Source: Auanema rhodensis (taxonomy: Eukaryota; Animalia; Nematoda). From it: 64,000 nucleotides of DNA. Positions 54,501 through 64,000 of the stretch are shown in pieces; position 1 is the first letter of the stretch; each line of letters opens with the position of its first letter. The notes under the pieces were generated by a model. It saw nothing but the letters and a program-made list of their open reading frames with translations. It was not told where the DNA came from and did no database searches. The position numbers and the translations under genes are program-made. The stretch is from contig OZ059897.1 of NCBI GenBank assembly GCA_964057225.1, positions 2,356,001 to 2,420,000 of the forward strand, given 5' to 3'.

Positions 54501-57500
54501 ACCCTGAAGAAATGATTTTTTCGTTGAAAAACATTGTCCATAGTCTTCGTCTTGAAAAAAGGAATCTAAAAACATCTACTTTTTGTGAAATTATTCAGAA
54601 ATTTTTCGGGAAAATTTTTGTCAAAATGTTTTTGGAAGCATTGTTGAGTGTACATGGGAACTCAACATACACTAATGCATTATTTTTCAAACGATCATAA
54701 CTAATTTTTGTATAGAGCGTTTCTCAATGTAGTATAATGCATTCGATGCGGATTTTTAAGCTGCGTTGATCTGTGTTATCAGATTTGAGTTAACTTAAAA
54801 ATGCACCGAGATATCAACTGATATATGTTCACACTTATATCCTCGATTTTCACCCTGAAGAAATGATTTTTTCGTTGAATAACATTGTCCATCGTCTTTG
54901 CCTTGAAAAAAGAAATCTAAAAACTCCTACTTTTTGTGAAATTATTTAGAAATTTTTCGGGAAAATTTTTGTCACAATGTTTTTGGAAGCAATGTTGAGT
55001 GTACATGGGAACTCAACATACACTAATGCATTATTTTTCAAACGATCATAACTAATTTTTGTATAGAGCGTTTCTCAATGTAGTATAGTGCATTCGATGC
55101 GGATTTTTAAGCTGCGTTGATCTGTGTTATTAGATTTCAGTTAGCTTAAAAATGCACCGAGATATCAACTGATATAGGTTCACACATGTATCCTCGATTT
55201 TCACCCTGAAGAAATGATTTTTTCGTTGAAAAACATTGTCCATCGTATTTGTCTTGAAAAAAGGAATCTAAAAACATCTACTTTTTGTGAAATTATTTAG
55301 AAATTTTTCGGGAAAATTTTTGTCAAAATGTTTTTTTGAAGCAATGTTGAGTGTACATGGGAACTCAACATACACTAATGCATTATTTTTCAAACGATCA
55401 TAACTAATTTTTGTATAGAGCGTTTCTCATTGTAGTATAGTGCATTCGATGCGGATTTTTAAGCTGCGTTGATCTGTGTTATCAGATTTGAGTTAACTTA
55501 AAAATGCACCGAGATATGAACTGATATAGGTTCACACATATATCCTTGATTTTCACCCTGAAGAAATGATTTTTTCGTTGAAAAACATTGTCCATAGTCT
55601 TCGTCTTGAAAAAAGGAATCTAAAAACATCTACTTTTTGTGAAATTATTCAGAAATTTTTCGGGAAAATTTTTGTCAAAATGTTTTTGGAAGCATTGTTG
55701 AGTGTACATGGGAACTCAACATACACTAATGCATTATTTTTCAAACGATCATAACTAATTTTTGTATAGAGCGTTTCTCAATGTAGTATAGTGCATTCGA
55801 TGCGGATTTTTAAGCTGCGTTGATCTGTGTTATCAGATTTGAGTTAGCTTAAAAATGCACCGAGATATCAACTGATATATGTTCACACTTATATCCTCGA
55901 TTTTCACCCTGAAGAATTAATTTTTTCGTTGAATAACATTGTCCATCGTCTTTGCCTTGAAAAAAGAAATCTAAAAACTCCTACTTTATGTGAAATTATT
56001 TAGAAATTTTTCGGGAAAATTTTTGTCACAATGTTTTTGGAAGCAATGTTGAGTGTACATGGGAACTCAGCATACACTAATGCATTATTTTTCAAACGAT
56101 CATAACTAATCTTTGTATAGAGCGTTTTTTAATGTAGTATAGTGCATTCGATGCGGATTTTTAAGCTGCGTTGATCTGTGTTATCAGATTTGAGTTAGCT
56201 GAAAAATGCACCGAGATATCAACTGATATATGTTCACACTTATATCCTCGATTTTCACCCTGAAGAAATGATTTTTTCGTTGAATAACATTGTCCATCGT
56301 TTTCGTCTTGAAAAAAGGAATCTAAAAACATCTACTTTTTGTGAAATTATTTAGAAATTTTTCGGGAAAATTTTTGTCAAAATGTTTTTGGAAGCAATGT
56401 TGAGTGTACATGGGCACTCAACATACACTAATGCATTATTTTTCAAACGATCATAACTAATTTTTGTATAGAGCGTTTCTCAATGTAGTATAGTGCATTC
56501 GATGCGGATTTTTAAGCTGCGTTGATCTGTGTTATCAGATTTGAGTTAACTTAAAAATGCACCGAGATATCAACTGATATATGTTCACACTTATATCCTC
56601 GATTTTCACCCTGAAGAAATGATTTTTTCGTTGAAAAACATTGTCCATCGTATTCGTTTTGAAAAAAGAAATCTAAAAACATCTACTTTTTGTGAAATTA
56701 TTTAGAAATTTTTCGGGAAAATTTTTGTCAAAATGTTTTTGGAAGCAATGTTGAGTGTACATGGGAACTCAACATACACTAATGCATTATTTTTCAAACG
56801 ATCATAACTAATTTTTGTATAGAGCGTTTCTCATTGTAGTATAGTGCATTCGATGCGGATTTTCAAGCTGCGTTGATCTGTGTTATCAGATTTGAGTTAA
56901 CTTGAAAATGCACCGAGATATCAACTGATATAGGTTCACACTTGTATCCTCGATTTTCACCCTGAAGAAATGATTTTTTCGTTGAAAAACATTGTCCATC
57001 GTATTCGTCTTGAAAAAAGGAATCTAAAAACATCTACTTTTTGTGAAATTATTTAGAAATTTTTCGGGAAAATTTTTGTCAAAATGTTTTTGGAAGCAAT
57101 GTTGAGTGTACATGGGAACTCAACATACACTAATGCATTATTTTTCAAACGATCATAACTAATTTTTGTATAGAGCGTTTCTCATTGTAGTATAGTGCAT
57201 TCGATGCGGATTTTTAAGCTGCGTTGATCTGTGTTATCAGATTTGAGTTAACTTAAAAATGCACCGAGATATCAACTGATATAGGTTCACACATATATCC
57301 TCGATTTTCACCCTGAAGAAATGATTTTTTCGTTGAAAAACATTGTCCATCGTCTTCGTCTTGAAAAAAGGAATTTAAAAACATCTACTTTTTGTGAAAT
57401 TATTCAGAAATTTTTCGGGAAAATTTTTGTCAAAATGTTTTTGGAAGCAATGTTGAGTGTACATGGGAACTCAACATACACTAATGCATTATTTTTCAAA

Positions 57501-59680
57501 CGATCATAACTAATTTTTGTATAGAGCGTTTCTCAATGTAGTATAGTGCATTCGATGCGGATTTTTAAGCTGCGTTGATCTGTGTTATCAGATTTGAGTT
57601 AGCTTAAAAATGCACCGAGTAATCAACTGATATAGGTTCACACTTATATCCTCGATTTTCACCCTGAAGAATTAATTTTTTCGTTGAATAACATTGTCCA
57701 TCGTCTTTGCCTTGAAAAAAGAAATCCAAAAACTCCTACTTTTTGTGAAATTATTTAGAAATTTTTCGGGAAAATTTTTGTCAAAATGTTTTTGGAAGCA
57801 ATGTTGAGTGTACATGGGAACTCAACATACACTAATGCATTATTTTTCAAACGATCATAACTAATTTTTGTATAGAGCGTTTCTCAATTTAGTATAGTGC
57901 ATTCGATGCGGATTTTTAAGCTGCGTTGATCTGTGTTATCAGATTTGAGTTAACTTAAAAATGCACCGAGTAATCAACTGATATAGGTTCACACTTATAT
58001 CCTCGATTTTCACCCTGAAGAATTAATTTTTTCGTTGAATAACATTGTCCATCGTATTCGTCTTGAAAAAAGGAATCTAAAAACATCTACTTTTTGTGAA
58101 ATTATTTAGAAATTTTTCGGGAAAATTTTTGTCAAAATGTTTTTGGAAGCAATGTTGAGTGTACATGGGAACTCAACATACACTAATGCATTATTTTTCA
58201 AACGATCATAACTAATTTTTGTATAGAGCGTTTCTCAATGTAGTATAGTGCATTCGATGCGGATTTTTAAGCTGCGTTGATCTGTGTTATCAGATTTGAG
58301 TTAGCTTAAAAATGCACCGAGTAATCAACTGATATAGGTTCACACTTATATCCTCGATTTTCACCCTGAAGAATTAATTTTTTCGTTGAATAACATTGTC
58401 CATCGTCTTTGCCTTGAAAAAAGAAATCCAAAAACTCCTACTTTTTGTGAAATTATTTAGAAATTTTTCGGGAAAATTTTTGTCAAAATGTTTTTGGAAG
58501 CAATGTTGAGTGTACATGGGAACTCAACATACACTAATGCATTATTTTTCAAACGATCATAACTAATTTTTGTATAGAGCGTTTCTCAATGTAGTATAGT
58601 GCATTCGATGCGGATTTTTAAGCTGCGTTGATCTGTGTTATCAGATTTGAGTTAACTTAAAAATGCACCGAGTAATCAACTGATATAGGTTCACACATAT
58701 ATCCTCGATTTTCACCCTGAAGAAATGATTTTTTCGTTGAAAAACATTGTCCATCGTCTTCGTCTTGAAAAAAGGAATCTAAAAACATCTACTTTTTGTG
58801 AAATTATTCAGAAATTTTTCGGGAAAATTTTTGTCAAAATGTTTTTGGAAGCAATGTTGAGTGTACATGGGAACTCAACATACACTAATGCATTATTTTT
58901 CAAACGATCATAACTAATTTTTGTATAGAGCGTTTCTCAATGTAGTATAGTGCATTCGATGCGGATTTTTAAGCTGCGTTGATCTGTGTTATCAGATTTG
59001 AGTTAGCTTAAAAATGCACCGAGTAATCAACTGATATAGGTTCACACTTATATCCTCGATTTTCACCCTGAAGAATTAATTTTTTCGTTGAATAACATTG
59101 TCCATCGTCTTTGCCTTGAAAAAAGAAATCCAAAAACTCCTACTTTTTGTGAAATTATTTAGAAACTTTTCGGGAAAATTTTTGTCAAAATGTTTTTGGA
59201 AGCAATGTTGAGTGTACATGGGAACTCAACATACACTAATGCATTATTTTTCAAACGATCATAACTAATTTTTGTATAGAGCGTTTCTCAATGTAGTATA
59301 GTGCATTCGATGCGGATTTTTAAGCTGCGTTGATCTGTGTTATCAGATTTGAGTTAACTTAAAAACGCACCGAGTAATCAACTGATATAGGTTCACACTT
59401 ATATCCTCGATTTTCACCCTGAAGAATTAATTTTTTCGTTGAATAACATTGTCCATCGTCTTTGCCTTGAAAAAAGAAATCCAAAAACTCCTACTTTTTG
59501 TGAAATTATTTAGAAATTTTTCGGGAAAATTTTTGTCACAATGTTTTTGGAAGCAATGTTGAGTGTACATGGGAACTCAGCATACACTAATGCATTATTT
59601 TTCAAACGATCATAACTAATTTTTGTATAGAGCGTTTCTCAATGTAGTATAGTGCATTCGATGCGGATTTTTAAGCTGCG
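51550..59680. repeat. ~8.1-kb (23-monomer) block, copy B of 35750-43880
   Basis: Same evidence as copy A. I noticed only three private differences (~54262, ~56301, ~57889). Confidence 0.92.
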
Positions 59681-62600
59681 TTGATCTGTGTTATCAGATT
59701 TGAGTTAACTTAAAAATGCACCGAGATATCAACTGATATATGTTCACACTTATATCCTCGATTTTCACCCTGAAGAAATGATTTTTTCGTTGAAAAACAT
59801 TGTCCATCGTATTCGTTTTGAAAAAAGAAATCTAAAAACATCTACTTTTTGTGAAATTATTTAGAAATTTTTCGGGAAAATTTTTGTCAAAATGTTTTTG
59901 GAAGCAATGTTGAGTGTACATGGGAACTCAACATACACTAATGCATTATTTTTCAAACGATCATAACTAATTTTTGTATAGAGCGTTTCTCATTGTAGTA
60001 TAGTGCATTCGATGCGGATTTTCAAGCTGCGTTGATCTGTGTTATCAGATTTGAGTTAACTTGAAAATGCACCGAGATATCAACTGATATAGGTTCACAC
60101 TTGTATCCTCGATTTTCACCCTGAAGAAATGATTTTTTCGTTGAAAAACATTGTCCATCGTATTCGTCTTGAAAAAAGGAATCTAAAAACATCTACTTTT
60201 TGTGAAATTATTTAGAAATTTTTCGGGAAAATTTTTGTCAAAATGTTTTTGGAAGCAATGTTGAGTGTACATGGGAACTCAACATACACTAATGCATTAT
60301 TTTTCAAACGATCATAACTAATTTTTGTATAGAGCGTTTCTCATTGTAGTATAGTGCATTCGATGCGGATTTTTAAGCTGCGTTGATCTGTGTTATCAGA
60401 TTTGAGTTAACTTAAAAATGCACCGAGATATCAACTGATATAGGTTCACACATATATCCTCGATTTTCACCCTGAAGAAATGATTTTTTCGTTGAAAAAC
60501 ATTGTCCATCGTCTTCGTCTTGAAAAAAGGAATTTAAAAACATCTACTTTTTGTGAAATTATTCAGAAATTTTTCGGGAAAATTTTTGTCAAAATGTTTT
60601 TGGAAGCAATGTTGAGTGTACATGGGAACTCAACATACACTAATGCATTATTTTTCAAACGATCATAACTAATTTTTGTATAGAGCGTTTCTCAATGTAG
60701 TATAGTGCATTCGATGCGGATTTTTAAGCTGCGTTGATCTGTGTTATCAGATTTGAGTTAGCTTAAAAATGCACCGAGTAATCAACTGATATAGGTTCAC
60801 ACTTATATCCTCGATTTTCACCCTGAAGAATTAATTTTTTCGTTGAATAACATTGTCCATCGTCTTTGCCTTGAAAAAAGAAATCCAAAAACTCCTACTT
60901 TTTGTGAAATTATTTAGAAATTTTTCGGGAAAATTTTTGTCAAAATGTTTTTGGAAGCAATGTTGAGTGTACATGGGAACTCAACATACACTAATGCATT
61001 ATTTTTCAAACGATCATAACTAATTTTTGTATAGAGCGTTTCTCAATGTAGTATAGTGCATTCGATGCGGATTTTTAAGCTGCGTTGATCTGTGTTATCA
61101 GATTTGAGTTAACTTAAAAATGCACCGAGTAATCAACTGATATAGGTTCACACTTATATCCTCGATTTTCACCCTGAAGAATTAATTTTTTCGTTGAATA
61201 ACATTGTCCATCGTATTCGTCTTGAAAAAAGGAATCTAAAAACATCTACTTTTTGTGAAATTATTTAGAAATTTTTCGGGAAAATTTTTGTCAAAATGTT
61301 TTTGGAAGCAATGTTGAGTGTACATGGGAACTCAACATACACTAATGCATTATTTTTCAAACGATCATAACTAATTTTTGTATAGAGCGTTTCTCAATGT
61401 AGTATAGTGCATTCGATGCGGATTTTTAAGCTGCGTTGATCTGTGTTATCAGATTTGAGTTAGCTTAAAAATGCACCGAGTAATCAACTGATATAGGTTC
61501 ACACTTATATCCTCGATTTTCACCCTGAAGAATTAATTTTTTCGTTGAATAACATTGTCCATCGTCTTTGCCTTGAAAAAAGAAATCCAAAAACTCCTAC
61601 TTTTTGTGAAATTATTTAGAAATTTTTCGGGAAAATTTTTGTCAAAATGTTTTTGGAAGCAATGTTGAGTGTACATGGGAACTCAACATACACTAATGCA
61701 TTATTTTTCAAACGATCATAACTAATTTTTGTATAGAGCGTTTCTCAATGTAGTATAGTGCATTCGATGCGGATTTTTAAGCTGCGTTGATCTGTGTTAT
61801 CAGATTTGAGTTAACTTAAAAATGCACCGAGTAATCAACTGATATAGGTTCACACATATATCCTCGATTTTCACCCTGAAGAAATGATTTTTTCGTTGAA
61901 AAACATTGTCCATCGTCTTCGTCTTGAAAAAAGGAATCTAAAAACATCTACTTTTTGTGAAATTATTCAGAAATTTTTCGGGAAAATTTTTGTCAAAATG
62001 TTTTTGGAAGCAATGTTGAGTGTACATGGGAACTCAACATACACTAATGCATTATTTTTCAAACGATCATAACTAATTTTTGTATAGAGCGTTTCTCAAT
62101 GTAGTATAGTGCATTCGATGCGGATTTTTAAGCTGCGTTGATCTGTGTTATCAGATTTGAGTTAGCTTAAAAATGCACCGAGTAATCAACTGATATAGGT
62201 TCACACTTATATCCTCGATTTTCACCCTGAAGAATTAATTTTTTCGTTGAATAACATTGTCCATCGTCTTTGCCTTGAAAAAAGAAATCCAAAAACTCCT
62301 ACTTTTTGTGAAATTATTTAGAAACTTTTCGGGAAAATTTTTGTCAAAATGTTTTTGGAAGCAATGTTGAGTGTACATGGGAACTCAACATACACTAATG
62401 CATTATTTTTCAAACGATCATAACTAATTTTTGTATAGAGCGTTTCTCAATGTAGTATAGTGCATTCGATGCGGATTTTTAAGCTGCGTTGATCTGTGTT
62501 ATCAGATTTGAGTTAACTTAAAAACGCACCGAGTAATCAACTGATATAGGTTCACACTTATATCCTCGATTTTCACCCTGAAGAATTAATTTTTTCGTTG

Positions 62601-62840
62601 AATAACATTGTCCATCGTCTTTGCCTTGAAAAAAGAAATCCAAAAACTCCTACTTTTTGTGAAATTATTTAGAAATTTTTCGGGAAAATTTTTGTCACAA
62701 TGTTTTTGGAAGCAATGTTGAGTGTACATGGGAACTCAGCATACACTAATGCATTATTTTTCAAACGATCATAACTAATTTTTGTATAGAGCGTTTCTCA
62801 ATGTAGTATAGTGCATTCGATGCGGATTTTTAAGCTGCGT
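56520..62840. repeat. Tandem duplication of a 9-monomer (3159-bp) unit; a third copy is at ~40730-43880
   Basis: ORFs 57321/60480 and 58725/61884; gaatTtaaa ~57373/60532; gaaaCtttt ~59165/62324; aaaaCgca 59366/62525. Confidence 0.9.
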
Positions 62841-64000
62841 TGATCTGTGTTATTAGATTTCAGTTAGCTTAAAAATGCACCGAGATATCAACTGATATAG
62901 GTTCACACATGTATCCTCGATTTTCACCCTGAAGAAATGATTTTTTCGTTGAAAAACATTGTCCATCGTATTCGTCTTGAAAAAAGGAATCTAAAAACAT
63001 CTACTTTTTGTGAAATTATTTAGAAATTTTTCGGGAAAATTTTTGTCAAAATGTTTTTGGAAGCAATGTTGAGTGTACATGGGAACTCAACATACACTAA
63101 TGCATTATTTTTCAAACGATCATAACTAATTTTTGTATAGAGCGTTTCTCAATGTAGTATAGTGCATTCGATGCGGATTTTTAAGCTGCGTTGATCTGTG
63201 TTATCAGATTTGAGTTAGCTTAAAAATGCACCGAGTAATCAACTGATATAGGTTCACACTTATATCCTCGATTTTCACCCTGAAGAATTAATTTTTTCGT
63301 TGAATAACATTGTCCATCGTCTTTGCCTTGAAAAAAGAAATCCAAAAACTCCTACTTTTTGTGAAATTATTTAGAAATTTTTCGGGAAAATTTTTGTCAA
63401 AATGTTTTTGGAAGCAATGTTGAGTGTACATGGGAACTCAACATACACTAATGCATTATTTTTCAAACGATCATAACTAATTTTTGTATAGAGCGTTTCT
63501 CAATGTAGTATAGTGCATTCGATGCGGATTTTTAAGCTGCGTTGATCTGTGTTATCAGATTTGAGTTAACTTAAAAATGCACCGAGTAATCAACTGATAT
63601 AGGTTCACACTTATATCCTCGATTTTCACCCTGAAGAATTAATTTTTTCGTTGAATAACATTGTCCATCGTCTTTGCCTTGAAAAAAGAAATCCAAAAAC
63701 TCCTACTTTTTGTGAAATTATTTAGAAATTTTTCGGGAAAATTTTTGTCACAATGTTTTTGGAAGCAATGTTGAGTGTACATGGGAACTCAGCATACACT
63801 AATGCATTATTTTTCAAACGATCATAACTAATTTTTGTATAGAGCGTTTCTCAATGTAGTATAGTGCATTCGATGCGGATTTTTAAGCTGCGTTGATCTG
63901 TGTTATTAGATTTCAGTTAGCTTAAAAATGCACCGAGATATCAACTGATATAGGTTCACACATGTATCCTCGATTTTCACCCTGAAGAAATGATTTTTTC

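Larger units (their letters stand above)
1..64000. repeat. Tandem satellite DNA array, 351-bp monomer, ~182 head-to-tail copies, continues beyond both window edges
   Basis: The motif cgttgatctgtgttatcagattt recurs at 1, 352, 703 and so on. ORF-track starts 451 and 61884 differ by 61433 = 175x351+8, so the register is kept over the whole window. No inversion or unique insert seen. Confidence 0.99.

Noticed and set aside
451-62072. 36 near-identical 62-aa ORFs as a tandem gene family
   Set aside because: The ORF depends on a single TAG/CAG SNP plus an ATG allele, and about 80% of monomers lack it. Changes are not biased to synonymous sites, and there is no recognisable domain or gene context.
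1-64000. CRISPR array or other repeat-spacer system
   Set aside because: There are no unique spacers. The entire 351-bp unit is repeated at high identity, and no cas or other genes are present.
1-64000. A single regular higher-order repeat
   Set aside because: Spacing between marker monomers varies from 2 to 14 units and duplication offsets differ by region, so no constant period above 351 bp is visible.
1-64000. Transposon insertions, inversions or telomeric repeats within the array
   Set aside because: The register is preserved to within +8 bp across the window and orientation is constant, leaving no room for insertions.

Overview
The whole 64-kb window is one uninterrupted, head-to-tail, AT-rich (about 32% GC by hand count of monomer 1) satellite DNA array of a 351-bp monomer, about 182 copies, all in the same orientation. 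I see no genes, RNA genes, transposon bodies, CRISPR spacers or unique DNA. The 62-aa ORFs are by-products of one TAG>CAG allele in a monomer subtype. The sequence looks like eukaryotic heterochromatic or (peri)centromeric satellite, plausibly invertebrate because CpG is not depleted, but I do not recognise the family. The interesting structure is internal. (1) A ~67-bp imperfect palindrome spans each monomer junction, and one lineage carries an exact compensatory T-A>C-G pair in it. (2) A second 9-bp hairpin has common variants that are mostly structure-compatible. (3) A partial hammerhead-like core (CTGAAGA-stem-GAAA) occurs in a subset of monomers but does not fold convincingly into a full ribozyme. 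(4) Nested block duplications have 2-, 6-, 9-, 11-, 12- and 45-monomer offsets instead of a fixed higher-order repeat. (5) Variant haplotypes turn over regionally along the array. (6) Two clearly divergent monomers sit at ~33.4-34.0 kb. I found no convincing protein-coding or defence system. All comparisons were made by eye, so block boundaries are approximate.
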